Assembly: GCA_963813155.1 (NCBI GenBank)
Contig: CAWEYG010000001.1
Location: 160,001-224,000 of the forward strand
Source of the DNA: an uncultured Acidobacteriota bacterium
Lineage (GTDB): Bacteria > Acidobacteriota > Thermoanaerobaculia > UBA5066 > DATFVB01
DNA length: 64,000 nt
Reading direction: 5' to 3'
The notes below the pieces were generated by a model, which made no database searches, had not been told where the DNA came from, and saw only the letters and a list, made by a program, of their open reading frames with translations. Made by a program: the position numbers and the translations under genes. Positions 1 through 14,044 of this stretch are shown here, in pieces; position 1 is the first letter of the stretch; every line of letters begins with the position of its first letter.

Positions 1-562
1 GCCCGGGGAGGAACTCCCTCTCTCCCGTCAACCGCGATGTCGTCCAGCCAAAGGGGTTCGTCGGCACGAAGGCCGATTCCGGGACCGGCGAGATCGAGGG
101 GCTCTGCGACGGCCACGTCGGATTCGCGCGCTCGACCTCCTCGAGTCTCTGCAGAGCGCCCCGAAGAAACTCCAGCTCCGCCTCGGTCGCGGCGAGCCGT
201 CCCGGGTCGGCCCCGCCCGACTCCGGAAACGCCGAAGCCCGCCGAGCGAGGGCCGGCTGATCGTACAGAAAGGCGATTCGCCCGAGCAGGTCGCTGTCCG
301 ATGCGAGGCGGGACGCCGTTTGCCGCAGGGCGGAAGTGGCGAGCTCGAGCGCCTCCTTCCTCCGTTGGTTGAGCGCGACCACTTCGGACTCCACCTCGCC
401 GCGTCTCCATCTCACGAGCACCGTGGAGAACAGCAGCGGAAACCCCCCGAGAACGGCGGCGAGTAACAGGAGAAGTGCCGTGACGAGCTTCTGGCGTGCC
501 GGCGAAAGCTCCAGGGAGACGACGGTTCTCCTTCCGGACGCGGGGTGATACTGAATCTTCAA
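1..562 (-). CDS. M23-family peptidase-like protein (N-terminal TM + coiled coil), truncated by window edge
   Basis: TTG at 562 overlaps the upstream TGA; my translation: [12 protein letters not shown] ([15 protein letters not shown])..[33 protein letters not shown], resembling the entry into an M23 domain; absent from ORF track because no stop in window. Confidence 0.6.
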   Translation of the reverse strand, partial: MKIQYHPASGRRTVVSLELSPARQKLVTALLLLLAAVLGGFPLLFSTVLVRWRRGEVESEVVALNQRRKEALELATSALRQTASRLASDSDLLGRIAFLYDQPALARRASAFPESGGADPGRLAATEAELEFLRGALQRLEEVERANPTWPSQSPSISPVPESAFVPTNPFGWTTSRLTGEREFLPG

Positions 563-2443
563 GGTTCGGAGAAGACCTGAATCGAGAGCTCGCGCGAATC
601 CTTCGAATCGCCCGACGCGGACGGACGGAACGCGTCCGAGTTTTCAAACAAGAAGACCGCCGGACGGCCCGCGGGCGCGACGAGGGCCAGACGAAGGCCG
701 CGGTCTCGCAGAAGCTCGGCCGAAAAAAGCATCGTCCCGCCGGACGAGATTCGAAATCGCTCTCCCGTCCGGGTGGGGCTGCGGAAGACGATGCGAACAC
801 GCTGCCGCTCGCCGGCGAGAAGCCGCACGGCCGCTCGCCGTCCCGACCATCGAAACTCCCCTTCGGGCGACTTCTCCGGAGCGTACATTCCGATCCCGCC
901 GGAGTAGCGAAACGCGTAGGCGGCGTCCGCCGTCGGCGCGAGGGAGACGCCCCACGCGAGCGCCGCGGCGGCCACGCCGGCCCAGGCGATCTCTGCTCCC
1001 CCGCGACGGCCGTCCGGAATCCCGAAACTGCGCCAGCAGAACGAAGGCGGCGCAGGAGACCTCCGCGGCGAGGAGATGCGACCCGAAAAACAGCGCGACC
1101 GCGAACGCGCCGAGCGCGGCGGCAGCGCCCGACGCCAGCCACGGCGTCTCCCGCCCGGCGCCGAAGGACTTCCTCACCTCCCGCGCCGCGGCCGCGAGAA
1201 ACGCGAGAAAGATGGCCAGACCGACGATGCCCGTCTCGGCGAGCATCTGCAGGTAGAAGTTTCCCGGGATTGTCGTAGCCGCCCATGGCGGCGCCGGCGC
1301 TCGGGCTCACGTTCGGAAGCTGCCACGAGAACGCGTTCCATCCCAGCCCGGCGATCGGATTCCAGCGCCAGGCCTCCGACGCGCCGCGCCACAGAATCGG
1401 CCGGGCCGACGCGCGGAATTCGAGGGGAACGTCCCGGTCGAAGATCGACACGAGCCGCTGAAAGAGGCCGCCGGCACGGCGATCCGCCGCGATGACGAGC
1501 CCGAACAGAGCGACGGCTGCAGCCGCGCCGGCCCACGCGGCGAAACGCCCGCGAGACTTCGCCGGCAGGCGCGACCGGCCCGCCGCGAGGACGATCGCGG
1601 AGCCGCCGACGGCGACGAGAAACCCGCTGCGGGATCCCGACGCCGCGAGCCCCGCGCCGAGCACGGCGGCGCCGATCCACCATCGAACGCGGCGGGAGCT
1701 CCACAGGCTCCCGGCCACGGCCGCCGGTATCGCCAGTCCCACGAGAACTCCGAGAGCGTTCGGATCGGAGCTCAGGCCCTGCAGCCGGCCCGCCAGCTGC
1801 CAGAAGTGAACGCGGGGCGACGGGATCCAGCCCCGGGTCTGCAAGAGGGCGACGAGACCGGACGCGACCGCCCCGGCAATCACGCCCCGAAGCGCGCGGC
1901 GCGCGTCCTCGATGTCGAGTCGGCGAAGAACTCCGTACAGGACGATCCCGGAGAACACCGCGGCGAACGACGCGAGGTCGCCGGCCAGCGCCTCCGCGTC
2001 GGTCATCCCGCGGGGATTGACGACCCGCAGGTCGAGCCCCCGGAACAGCGCCCACAGCGATCGGGCCGACGCCGCGGCCGCAGCGGCGGCGAGGATCCAG
2101 AGAGCGGCGAGGGGAGCGAGAGCGCGGGCGACGGGATCCGGCGGAATCGGGTCCCTGGCCCCGACGAGCTCCCGAAACAGAAACCCCGCTCCGAACGAGA
2201 GGACGACGAGCGCAGTCCAGGGACACTGCGGCGCGCTCTTCAGCAGTGCCGCGGTTCCTCCGGCGACCGCCGAGGCGAACGCCGCCGCCGCGACCCCGAT
2301 CCGGCGGCTCGCGAGCCCGAGCGTTCCAAACGCGAGAGCCACTGCAACGGCCCAGCGAGACTCCGGCGTCGCCGCGGGAAAACCTTCGAGGAGGACGCCG
2401 GCCGCGAACAGCGAAACGAGCGCCCAGCGCGCGGCGCGGAGGG

Positions 2444-2447
<4 letters not shown>
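559..2447 (-). CDS. O-antigen ligase (WaaL/Wzy_C-like) family membrane protein; two apparent frameshifts (~1262, ~1000)
   Basis: ATG 2447 overlaps carB stop; polytopic; motifs [38 protein letters not shown]; joins ORFs 644..1246 and 559..975. Confidence 0.75.
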
Positions 2448-5645
<3,198 letters not shown>

Positions 5646-5732
5646 CTATTTGATCCGGCGGAGTATACCCGATTTGGCCCAATCCGCCGCTCCGGGAACG
5701 AGATAACCGGGGAACCGGGGCGCGACTAGCGG

Positions 5733-6950
5733 TTACTCGTACCGGAGGGCTTCCGCGATGCGGAGCCGCGAAGCGCGGCGGGCGGGGAAATAGGACGCCG
5801 CGAAGATGATCGCAAACGAGAAGACCGAGATCGCGGCCAGATCGCGCACCCTCAGGAGGAACGGCACGAACGAGACGAAGTAGATTTCGGCGATCTCGGG
5901 AGGAAACGAGACGAGCCGGAACTTCGTGATGACGAAACAGATCGTCGCCCCGGCCGCGAGCCCGAGGACGACTCCCGCTCCCCCGAGCAGAACTCCCAGC
6001 CGCAGGAAAATTCCGGACGGCAGACGGGGCGGCGCGCCCATCGCCGAGAGCACTCCGATGTCGCGCTGTTTCTCCTGGACATTCATCACGAGAGTCGCCA
6101 CGATGTTGAACGTGGACACCGCCACGATCAGGCCGATCACGAGAAAGAGCGTGATTTTCTGGACCGTCAGCGCGGAGAAGAGATTTCCGTTGAGGGATCT
6201 CCAGTCGGTCACCGTGAACTCGTCGCCGGCCAGCTCGCGGATCTTCACTGTCGATTCGGCCGTCCTGTCGAGAGAATCGAGCCGGACTTCGAGCACGTTG
6301 GCGCCGCTGGACAGGCCGGAGAGTAGGCTCGCGTCCTCCCTTCGGACGAAGACCCACTCGGCGTCGTACTCGTAGAAATTCGTGCGGAAGACCTGCGTCA
6401 CGCGAAAGGCCTTGCGCCGCAGCGAAAGCGCCGAGCCGCGGCGCGAGGCGTCCGGGACGGTCAGGACGACCGTCTCTCCCTTGCCCACGCGCAGCTTGTT
6501 CGCCAGCTCGTATCCGACCGAGCAGCCCGGGAGCTCTCCCGGCGAGGGAGCGGCGGGGCTCGAAACGGAAACCGCGGCGGCAGCCCCGGCCCGGTCGACG
6601 CCCTTGACGATCGCGTTCGAGCCCTCCGGAACGGCCTCGGAGCCCGCGGTCCCCTGGAGGTAGATGACGGCGGCAGTCGAAACGACATTCGGGGCCCGGC
6701 GTACCCGGTCCGCAAGCGCCTCCGGGTGCGCGATGCCTCCCGGGGTGAGCGGAAAGATCACGATTTCCGCGTTGGCGCCGATCAGCTTCGCCTGAATCTC
6801 GTCGCGGTAGCCCGTGAGCAGGCCCATGGCCACGACGAGCGCCGTCACTCCGAGCGCGACTCCGGCGATCGCAAGCCACGACACGCGCGACACGAGGCGG
6901 GAGGAGCGCCGGCGGAGGTATCGAAGGGCGATCTCGGAAGCGAGATTCAC
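5733..6950 (-). CDS. LolC/LolE-type (FtsX-like) ABC permease
   Basis: IALRYLR...GVALGVTALVVAMG; EKQRDIGVLSAMGA; C-terminal YFPARRASRLRIAEALRYE. Confidence 0.88.
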   Translation of the reverse strand: MNLASEIALRYLRRRSSRLVSRVSWLAIAGVALGVTALVVAMGLLTGYRDEIQAKLIGANAEIVIFPLTPGGIAHPEALADRVRRAPNVVSTAAVIYLQGTAGSEAVPEGSNAIVKGVDRAGAAAAVSVSSPAAPSPGELPGCSVGYELANKLRVGKGETVVLTVPDASRRGSALSLRRKAFRVTQVFRTNFYEYDAEWVFVRREDASLLSGLSSGANVLEVRLDSLDRTAESTVKIRELAGDEFTVTDWRSLNGNLFSALTVQKITLFLVIGLIVAVSTFNIVATLVMNVQEKQRDIGVLSAMGAPPRLPSGIFLRLGVLLGGAGVVLGLAAGATICFVITKFRLVSFPPEIAEIYFVSFVPFLLRVRDLAAISVFSFAIIFAASYFPARRASRLRIAEALRYE

Positions 6951-8053
6951 CGCGCCGATTCCATCAGCGCCAGGAACTCGGGGAACAGCGAGCGGGAATC
7001 ATGCGGGCCGGGCGCTCCCTCGGGGTGGAACTGGACGGCCAGGATTCGGCGGCCCGGGTCTCGAAAGCCCTCGAGCGTCCCGTCGTTCAGGTTCACGTGG
7101 GAAACCCGCGCGCCTGCCGGGAGTCCCAGCGGATCGACGGCGAAACCGTGGTTCTGGGACGTGATCGCGACGGCCCCTCCGCCGGCGTCCTGAACGGGAT
7201 GATTTCCCCCTCGATGGCCGAATTTCAGTTTGAACGTGTCGGCCCCGAGGGCCCGCCCCAGGATCTGGTGGCCGAGACAGACGCCGAAGATCGGTTTGCG
7301 GCCGACGAGCGATGCGACGGTTTCGACGCATTCCGGCAGCGCGGCGGGATCGCCAGGCCCGTTCGACAGGAAGACTCCGTCCGGGGCGGCCGCGAGCACG
7401 TCCGAAGGCGTGGCGGACGCGGGGAACACCGTGACGTCGCAGCCGGCGGCGTTCAGGAGCCGCAGGAGGTTCCTCTTCATTCCGTAGTCGATCGCCGAGA
7501 CGCGAAACCGCGCCCCGCCTGCGGCGGCCCCCGGGTGCGCGGCGGCCGCGCTGAAGTAGACGACATCGGTCCCCGCCGTGCGGGCGAGAGCGCTTCCCTC
7601 CATCTGCGGCGATTCCTGCACCTTCTTTTTCAGCTCCGCGGGGTCGTCGATTTCGGTCGAGATCCCCGCGCGCATCACCCCGAGGGACCTCAGCCGGCGG
7701 ACGAGGCTGCGGGTGTCGAAACCGAAGAGTCCCGGAACGCCTCCCTCCGCGAGGTATTGGGCGAGCCCGAATTCTCCTCCGGCGCCGCTCCAGACCCGGG
7801 GAAAATCGCGCGCGAGAAAGCCCGAGGGTTGGATCCGCGGCGACTCGGCCTCCTCCACTCGCCCGCCGTAGTTCCCGACGTGAGAGGACGTCATCAGGAC
7901 GAGCTGCCCCTTGTAGGAGGGGTCCGTCAAAACCTCCTGGTACCCGGTCATCGAGGTGTTGAAGACGATTTCGCCAAAGAAGGTTCCGGGAGCGCCGATC
8001 GATTCGCCGCGGAAATGGGTTCCGTCCTCGAGGACGAGAAGTCCGCCGCTCAC
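6947..8053 (-). CDS. carA: Carbamoyl-phosphate synthase small subunit
   Basis: GTG 8053 overlaps aroF stop; [54 protein letters not shown]. Confidence 0.96.
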   Translation of the reverse strand: MSGGLLVLEDGTHFRGESIGAPGTFFGEIVFNTSMTGYQEVLTDPSYKGQLVLMTSSHVGNYGGRVEEAESPRIQPSGFLARDFPRVWSGAGGEFGLAQYLAEGGVPGLFGFDTRSLVRRLRSLGVMRAGISTEIDDPAELKKKVQESPQMEGSALARTAGTDVVYFSAAAAHPGAAAGGARFRVSAIDYGMKRNLLRLLNAAGCDVTVFPASATPSDVLAAAPDGVFLSNGPGDPAALPECVETVASLVGRKPIFGVCLGHQILGRALGADTFKLKFGHRGGNHPVQDAGGGAVAITSQNHGFAVDPLGLPAGARVSHVNLNDGTLEGFRDPGRRILAVQFHPEGAPGPHDSRSLFPEFLALMESAR

Positions 8054-9063
8054 GCGCTCCTTCCCATGACGACCGAAAGGGCGCGGACCTGGTTCATCAG
8101 GTCGGCGAACTGCTCCGGAAGCAGCGCCTGAGGACCGTCCGAAAGGGCCGTCTCGGGCTTGTGGTGCACCTCGATGAGCAGACCGTCCGCGCCGACCGCG
8201 ACCGCCGCGCGAGAGAGCGGGATCACCTTGTGGCGCTTTCCCGTGCCGTGCGACGGATCCGCGACGATCGGAAGGTGGGAGATCCTCTGGACGGCCGGAA
8301 TCGAGGAGAGATCGAGCGTGTTGCGGGTGTGGTCGGCGAAGGTCCGAACTCCCCGCTCGCACAGGATCACGTCGTAATTGCCTTCCGCGAGAATGTACTC
8401 CGCCGACAGGAGGAATTCCTCGATCGTCGCGGACATCCCCCGTTTCAACAGGACGGGTTTTCGCAGCCGTCCCACTTTCTTCAGCAGCGAGAAATTCTGC
8501 ATGTTTCGCGCGCCGATCTGAAGGCAGTCGGCGTACTCGGCGACCTCCTCGGCCGTTTCGGTGTCGAGGACTTCGGTGACGATCGGAAGGCCCGTTTCCT
8601 CGCGGGCCTTCGCGAGAATCTTCAAGCCCTCGAGGCCGAGCCCCTGAAACGAGTAAGGAGAAGACCGGGGTTTGTAGGCGCCGCCGCGCAGCAGGCTGGC
8701 GCCCGCGGCCGCGACCCTCCGGGCGATCTCGATCGTCTGCTCTTCCGACTCGACCGCGCACGGTCCGGCCCCGACGACGATCTTCTCTCCTCCCACCTCG
8801 ACCCCACGGATCGAGACGACGGAATTTTCGCGTTTCGATTCTCTCGAAACGAGCTTGTAGGGAGCGCTGACGGGAATGATCTCGAGGACGCCCGGAAGAT
8901 TTTCGAGACCGGTCGGGTCGACGGTGCCGCGGTTGCCCGTGATCCCGATCGCCACGCGCTGCGCGCCGGGAATCGGCGTTGCCTTGAGGCCCATCTGCTC
9001 GACCTTTTCGATGACACGCCGGATCGTTTCGGCGTCGGCCTGCGAGTCCATCACGATGAGCAT
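8050..9063 (-). CDS. aroF: DAHP synthase type I-beta with N-terminal ferredoxin-like regulatory domain
   Basis: [48 protein letters not shown]. Confidence 0.95.
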   Translation of the reverse strand: MLIVMDSQADAETIRRVIEKVEQMGLKATPIPGAQRVAIGITGNRGTVDPTGLENLPGVLEIIPVSAPYKLVSRESKRENSVVSIRGVEVGGEKIVVGAGPCAVESEEQTIEIARRVAAAGASLLRGGAYKPRSSPYSFQGLGLEGLKILAKAREETGLPIVTEVLDTETAEEVAEYADCLQIGARNMQNFSLLKKVGRLRKPVLLKRGMSATIEEFLLSAEYILAEGNYDVILCERGVRTFADHTRNTLDLSSIPAVQRISHLPIVADPSHGTGKRHKVIPLSRAAVAVGADGLLIEVHHKPETALSDGPQALLPEQFADLMNQVRALSVVMGRSA

Positions 9064-9070
9064 CGGTGCT

Positions 9071-9076
9071 AATATA
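9071..9076 (-). promoter_or_regulatory. Candidate -10 element (TATATT) 7 nt before aroF ATG; leaderless promoter
   Basis: Minus strand GGATATATTAGCACCGATG, no SD. Confidence 0.5.
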
Positions 9077-9098
9077 TCCGAACCAAAAGGGGGCGCGG

Positions 9099-9815
9099 AT
9101 GCGACGGAAATTCTGGCAAACGAAACTCTGGATCGCCCCGATCCTCGCCGCGTGGGCGTTGCCCGCGCTCGGTTATGTTCTCGTCCTCAAGGATGGAAGC
9201 AAGGTCCTCTCGATCGACCGGTACGAGGTCAAGCGCGGCTTTGCCGTCTTCCACCTTCCCAACGGGACGATCAACCAGATTCCGATGGCGAAGCTGGACG
9301 TCCCGGCGACGGACAAGTACAACAAAGAGAACGTGGGCAACGCGATCACGTGGGACTCGCCGGGCGAAATCGCCACGCCGCCTTCGACCCGCCCGGCCCG
9401 CGATTCCCTGACGAGCTACATCAAGAAGCACGACACGAAGCCCGACCTTCCGGAAGTCCAGCACAGCGCCCCGGCCGCCGCGGTTCCGCAGGCCGATTCC
9501 GGGGATCCGATGGTGATCCGGGAAGCCGCGCGGATCTTCAGCTCGGAAAACATTTCCCAGTACCGCGTGGCGCCCGGCCCCCGGGTGATCTTCGTCGCCG
9601 ACGACGAGAACACGGTTTTCCACGCCATGACTGCCGCTGCCAAGCTCACGATCGCGCTCACGGCGTCGGGGCGGGCGAAGAACCTCGAGATCGAAATCGT
9701 CGCCAGCAACGGCAATCCCGCGGGGCGTTTCAAGATGGACGCGGACGGCGTGAAAGCGCTCGCCGAGGGCGACGTGACTCCCTCGGAGTTCTTCGTCACG
9801 AACGTGATTTTCTGA
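9099..9815 (+). CDS. Exported hypothetical protein
   Basis: Signal peptide [31 protein letters not shown] beta-rich start, Pro/Ala linker. Confidence 0.7.
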   Translation: MRRKFWQTKLWIAPILAAWALPALGYVLVLKDGSKVLSIDRYEVKRGFAVFHLPNGTINQIPMAKLDVPATDKYNKENVGNAITWDSPGEIATPPSTRPARDSLTSYIKKHDTKPDLPEVQHSAPAAAVPQADSGDPMVIREAARIFSSENISQYRVAPGPRVIFVADDENTVFHAMTAAAKLTIALTASGRAKNLEIEIVASNGNPAGRFKMDADGVKALAEGDVTPSEFFVTNVIF

Positions 9816-9863
9816 CACCGCGCCCCCTCGGCGCCGCGGTGTCATCCCCGCGAAAGCGGGGAT
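9813..9863. terminator. Two adjacent hairpins between convergent genes (bidirectional terminator or REP-like)
   Basis: TGACACCGCG 9813-9822 / CGCGGTGTCA 9835-9844 and ATCCCCGC-GAAA-GCGGGGAT 9844-9863. Confidence 0.55.
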
Positions 9864-9885
9864 CGCCTGGGTGGATCGGTAGGCG

Positions 9886-10206
9886 TCAGTGCTCCCCTTG
9901 CGGTTCCGCAGCCAGGTAGAGCCGCGGGTCCTCCCCCGTCCACTGCCGGAACTGGTCCTCGTGGGAAGGAACCGACAGCGTGGATTCGTCTTCGTAGATT
10001 CGCTCCACCCGGTTCATCGGAAAGAACACCGTCGATGGACCAATCTCCCCCTCCTCCCGCCGCGCCACGCTTCGCGCCCAGGGCTCGAAGGATTCGAGCG
10101 TCACACCCCTTAGCGTCACGCCCGCGGGCGCGACCCACTGGAGAAGGCCCCACCAGCGCTCCCGCGGAGTGTGGAGATAGGCGACGACGAAAGTGTCAAC
10201 CCGCAT
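9886..10206 (-). CDS. Hypothetical small protein (possibly Sm/SH3-like beta fold)
   Basis: Overlaps mce 3' end; plausible globular sequence VVAYLHTPRERWWG...VFFPMNRVERI. Confidence 0.6.
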   Translation of the reverse strand: MRVDTFVVAYLHTPRERWWGLLQWVAPAGVTLRGVTLESFEPWARSVARREEGEIGPSTVFFPMNRVERIYEDESTLSVPSHEDQFRQWTGEDPRLYLAAEPQGEH

Positions 10207-10597
10207 GTTCGGTGAGCTCGATCAGGACGCCGCCCCCCGCTTCCGGGTGAAGGAAGGCGACTCTCTTGCCGCCGGCGCCCGGCACGGGCGACCGGTTCAA
10301 CAAACGGTAGCCCCGTTCGGCGAGGCGCGCGAGCGCGGAGTCGAGATCGTCGACCGCGAAGCACAGGTGGTGGATCCCCGGCCCGCGGCGAGCGAGGAAT
10401 TTCGAGATCGGAGAATCGTCCGCGGTTGGCTCGAGCAGCTCGATCCGGACGCCGTCCGCGGGAAGAAACGCGGTGCGGACTTTCTGCGACTCGACGACCT
10501 CGCGATGAGTCTCCTCGAGGCCGAGCTCCCGGAAGATCGCGAGGCTCGAATCGAGCGAGGCGACCGCGATTCCCACGTGGTCGAGTTTCGTGCTCAT
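10196..10597 (-). CDS. mce: Methylmalonyl-CoA epimerase
   Basis: LDHVGIAV, IELLEP, GPGIHHLCFAV, AFLHP..GGVLIEL; next to meaB. Confidence 0.93.
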   Translation of the reverse strand: MSTKLDHVGIAVASLDSSLAIFRELGLEETHREVVESQKVRTAFLPADGVRIELLEPTADDSPISKFLARRGPGIHHLCFAVDDLDSALARLAERGYRLLNRSPVPGAGGKRVAFLHPEAGGGVLIELTEHAG

Positions 10598-10601
10598 GTG
10601 C

Positions 10602-11549
10602 TCATCCCGATTTGAACCTCCGGAACAGCTTCTCGGCGGCCGCGTAGGGGTCGATCCGGCGCTCCGCGACCCGGTCGATCGCTTCCTCGAGGCCGTCGGG
10701 ACGGCTCCGGTCGGCTTCCACCTCTTCGAAGAACTTCGCTTCGAGCAGTCCCCGCAGCCGGGCCGCGGCCCGCTTCCGCCGCCGCTCGCGGTCCTCGCCC
10801 GTCGCTTTCAGATGCTTCCAGTGCTCGTCGAGGCCGTCGCGGACGAGATCGATCCCTTCTTTTTTCGTCGCCACGGCCTTGACGATCGGCGGCCGCCAGC
10901 CGGACACCGGCGTCGTGAAGTCGAGGCTCATCGAGAGCTCCGCGACCGTCCGGTCGGCGCCTTCGCGGTCCGACTTGTTGACGACGAACAGGTCCGCGAT
11001 CTCGAGGATTCCCGCCTTCAGCGCCTGCACGTCGTCCCCGAGGCCGGGCACGACGACGACGGCGATGGAATCGGCCGCCTTCACGATGTCGACTTCGTCC
11101 TGGCCGACGCCGACGGTCTCGATGAGGACGACGCCGAAACCCGCCGCGTCGAGCACGTCGACGGCGTCGATCGTCGCGCGCGACAGCCCGCCGAGCGCTC
11201 CGCGGGTCGCCATCGAGCGGATGAAGACGCCCGGGTCGGTGTACAGGTCCCCCATGCGGATTCGATCGCCCAGAATCGCGCCGCCGGAAAACGGCGACGA
11301 CGGATCGATCGCGACGATGCCGACCCGCTCTCCCGCGGCCCGGTACACCGCCGCGAGCTGGGAGACGAGCGTCGACTTTCCGGCTCCGGGCGGACCGGTG
11401 ATTCCGAGAATCCTCGCGCGGCCGGTCTGCGGATAGATTTCGCGAAGCAGCTCCGCCACGTCGGCTCCTCCGCGTTCGATTCGCGAGATCGCGCGGGCGA
11501 CCTCGCGGGGGCTGTCGAGAATCGCCGCGGGAGCCGGGCCAGGGGTCAA
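10602..11549 (-). CDS. meaB: Methylmalonyl-CoA mutase-associated GTPase MeaB/ArgK
   Basis: GITGPPGAGKST, IDPSSPFSGGAILGDRIRM, ETVGVGQDE, NKSD; TTG 11549 overlaps acd stop. Confidence 0.93.
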   Translation of the reverse strand: MTPGPAPAAILDSPREVARAISRIERGGADVAELLREIYPQTGRARILGITGPPGAGKSTLVSQLAAVYRAAGERVGIVAIDPSSPFSGGAILGDRIRMGDLYTDPGVFIRSMATRGALGGLSRATIDAVDVLDAAGFGVVLIETVGVGQDEVDIVKAADSIAVVVVPGLGDDVQALKAGILEIADLFVVNKSDREGADRTVAELSMSLDFTTPVSGWRPPIVKAVATKKEGIDLVRDGLDEHWKHLKATGEDRERRRKRAAARLRGLLEAKFFEEVEADRSRPDGLEEAIDRVAERRIDPYAAAEKLFRRFKSG

Positions 11550-12691
11550 AGCCCGCTCAGGATCTGGCGCGCGATGACGAGCTTCTGGATCTCGGTGGTT
11601 CCCTCGCCGATCGTGCAGAGCTTCACGTCCCGGAAGAACTTTTCCACGGGAAAGTCCTTGATGAATCCGTATCCGCCGTGGATCTGGAGCGCTTTGTCCG
11701 CGACGCGGACGCACATTTCGCCGGAGAAGTACTTCGCCATCGACGAGATCTTCGTCACCTTCTCCCCCGCGTCCCGCGCGGCCGCGGCCCGGCGGGTGAG
11801 GAGCGAGCCGGCGTCGATGTCGGTCGCCATCTCCGCGAGATAGAACTGAATGGCCTCGAACTCGGAGATCGCCTTTCCGAACTGGCGCCGCTCTCCGGAA
11901 TACCGCAGAGCGGCCTCGTAGGCGCCGCGCGCCATTCCCACGGCAAGGGACGCGATGCCGATGCGTCCCCCGTCGAGGATCGCGAGAGCCTGCTTGAAGC
12001 CCTCGTTCTCGCGGCCGATGAGGGCATCGCCGGGCAGCCGGCAGTCCTCGATCAGGAGAGTCGAGGTATCCGAGGCGCGCATCCCCAGCTTGTTTTCCTT
12101 CTTGCCGGGCCGGATTCCCGGGGTGCTCATCGGAATCGCGAACGCGGAGATGCCGTTCTTTCCTTTTTCGCGGTCCGTGACCGCCATCAGCACGACCATC
12201 TGGCCGGTGGAAGCGTGCGTGATGAAGGTTTTCTGTCCGTTGACGACCCAGCCGCTGCCGTCCCGGACGGCGATCGTTTGCATTCCTCCCGCGTCGGATC
12301 CGGAGCTCGGTTCCGTCAGGCCCCACGCGCCGATCCACTCGCCGGTGGCGAGCCGGGGAAGGTAGAGTTTTTTCTGCTGCTCCGAGCCGAACATCACGAG
12401 GTGATTCGTGCAGAGCGAATTGTGCGCGGCCACCGAGAGGGCCACCGAACCGTCCACGCGGGCGAGCTCCTCGATCAGGCCGATGTACTGCGACACGGTG
12501 AGAGCCGCGCCCCCGTGCTCCTCCGGAACGAAACAACCGAGGAAGCCGAGCGCCCCGAGCTTGTCCCACAGCGACCGGGGAAAAGCCTGCGCCTCGTCCC
12601 ACTCCATGACGTGGGGACGAAGCTCCTTCTCCGCGAAGTCCCGAGCCGTGTCGCGGATCGCCTGTTCGTCTTCCGTCAGCGAAAAGTTCAA
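11546..12691 (-). CDS. Acyl-CoA dehydrogenase
   Basis: TTG start LNFSLTEDEQAIR; GAWGLTEPSSGSDA, NGQKTFIT, KLGMRASDT, GRIGIA, QIHGGYG, IGEGTTEIQ. Confidence 0.95.
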   Translation of the reverse strand: MNFSLTEDEQAIRDTARDFAEKELRPHVMEWDEAQAFPRSLWDKLGALGFLGCFVPEEHGGAALTVSQYIGLIEELARVDGSVALSVAAHNSLCTNHLVMFGSEQQKKLYLPRLATGEWIGAWGLTEPSSGSDAGGMQTIAVRDGSGWVVNGQKTFITHASTGQMVVLMAVTDREKGKNGISAFAIPMSTPGIRPGKKENKLGMRASDTSTLLIEDCRLPGDALIGRENEGFKQALAILDGGRIGIASLAVGMARGAYEAALRYSGERRQFGKAISEFEAIQFYLAEMATDIDAGSLLTRRAAAARDAGEKVTKISSMAKYFSGEMCVRVADKALQIHGGYGFIKDFPVEKFFRDVKLCTIGEGTTEIQKLVIARQILSGL

Positions 12692-12699
12692 GCTCCGAG

Positions 12700-12709
12700 A
12701 TGATACATT
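12700..12709. promoter_or_regulatory. Overlapping divergent -10 elements (bidirectional leaderless promoter candidate)
   Basis: ATGATACATT gives TATCAT on minus (8 nt before TTG 12691) and TGaTACATT on plus (6 nt before ATG 12716) in a 24-bp intergenic gap. Confidence 0.5.
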
Positions 12710-12715
12710 TTTTCG

Positions 12716-13150
12716 ATGCCGATGATCATCGCGGCCGGCGGGCTCGCCGCAGCCGCCCTCCTGGCGCTCGCTCCCCGGGCGCTGATCCGGCGAGGCCAGG
12801 ATCGCCTCGCGCGCGAAATCCTCGAACGCAGCGGCTCGGAGCGGCCGCGGCTCCTCACGCGCGCGGAAAAGTTCGTGGGCGCCTACCGCCGCCTGCCGGG
12901 CGTCCTCGGGATGACCGGCGCGAGCCTGGTCTTCGAAAACCGGTTCGAGCCGCCGCTCGAGATTCCGCTCGGAGAAATCCGAAAGATCTCGACCGGAAAG
13001 CGCCTGTCCAGCGGGCGCCGCCTCTTCCACGACGAGGTCCTCGCTCTGACCGACGCCGCCGGAACGCTCTTCGAATTCCAGATGTCGCACGCGTCCTGTT
13101 TCCAGTGGCGCCAGCACCTCGGGGCGTGGTCCGCAAAACAGAAAGCCTAG
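12716..13150 (+). CDS. Hypothetical membrane-anchored protein (possibly PH-like)
   Basis: N-terminal hydrophobic helix, GVLGMTGASLVFE...EIPLGEI. Confidence 0.6.
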   Translation: MPMIIAAGGLAAAALLALAPRALIRRGQDRLAREILERSGSERPRLLTRAEKFVGAYRRLPGVLGMTGASLVFENRFEPPLEIPLGEIRKISTGKRLSSGRRLFHDEVLALTDAAGTLFEFQMSHASCFQWRQHLGAWSAKQKA

Positions 13151-13977
13151 GCGAACGCCGTCACGCGGTCTTTGAGCGAAGCCGGTAGAGCTTCGGCGAG
13201 CCGGGTCAGGATTTCCTCTTTCGAATATTTCGCGGAGAAGTGCGTGAGGACGATCGCTTCGTTCCGGAAGTCGGACGCCCGCGCCACGATGTCGGTCACG
13301 TGCAGGTGGCCGTACCCCCGCGCCTTTTCCTCCTCGCCGGGGCGCAGGAACGTGCACTCGATCAGCAAAACGCGCGACCGGAAGAGCTCGGGCGACTTCT
13401 CGAAGATGCCGGCGTCGCAGTCGCCCGTGTAGGAGAGCAGTGGCGTCTCGACCGTGTCGGAGAGCTCGCGGCCGAGCGCGCGCATTCGGGCGAGCTCCGG
13501 CGAGTCCATCCCCTCGAACTCCCGCTTCAATTTCCGCCGGCTCTCGAGAAACGTGTACCCGAGTGTCGGAACGCGGTGGCTCCCCTCGAACGCCCGGACG
13601 ACGAGATCCTTCCGCACCGCGATGCGATCGCCCGCGGACACGGGGCAGAGGGCGGCGTTGTACGTCTCGAACCCTTCGAGCCTCAGGTGGAGCGAAAGGA
13701 TCTTCGAGAGATCGGCGTGCGTCGCGGCGGGCACGTGGACGCTCCCCGAGGCGAGCCCCTGGAGGGTGCGCTGGGAAGCGTAGGTCGCGATGCCCGCGGC
13801 GTGGTCCAGATGGGCATGGCTGAGGAACACGTTCGGAATCGGAACGATCTCGTCGGGGCAACGCCCGACTTCGAGCGCCGAGCGGAGCTCCAGGAGGCGG
13901 TAGTAAGACTCCTGCCCGGCGACCGAGCGGCCCTGGACCCGGACGGAGCACACGTCGAGGGTGATCTCCCGTTCCAC
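13147..13977 (-). CDS. RNase Z-like metallo-beta-lactamase
   Basis: FLSHAHLDH, SHRVPTLGY, YTGD, IECTF, GHLH, LTHFS. Confidence 0.85.
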   Translation of the reverse strand: MEREITLDVCSVRVQGRSVAGQESYYRLLELRSALEVGRCPDEIVPIPNVFLSHAHLDHAAGIATYASQRTLQGLASGSVHVPAATHADLSKILSLHLRLEGFETYNAALCPVSAGDRIAVRKDLVVRAFEGSHRVPTLGYTFLESRRKLKREFEGMDSPELARMRALGRELSDTVETPLLSYTGDCDAGIFEKSPELFRSRVLLIECTFLRPGEEEKARGYGHLHVTDIVARASDFRNEAIVLTHFSAKYSKEEILTRLAEALPASLKDRVTAFA

Positions 13978-14044
13978 GTTTTCGAGCCTACCATCCCCAT
14001 TGCGCCCGCCTCGGCGCCCGGCGTATCATCCCATTGACAGATCG

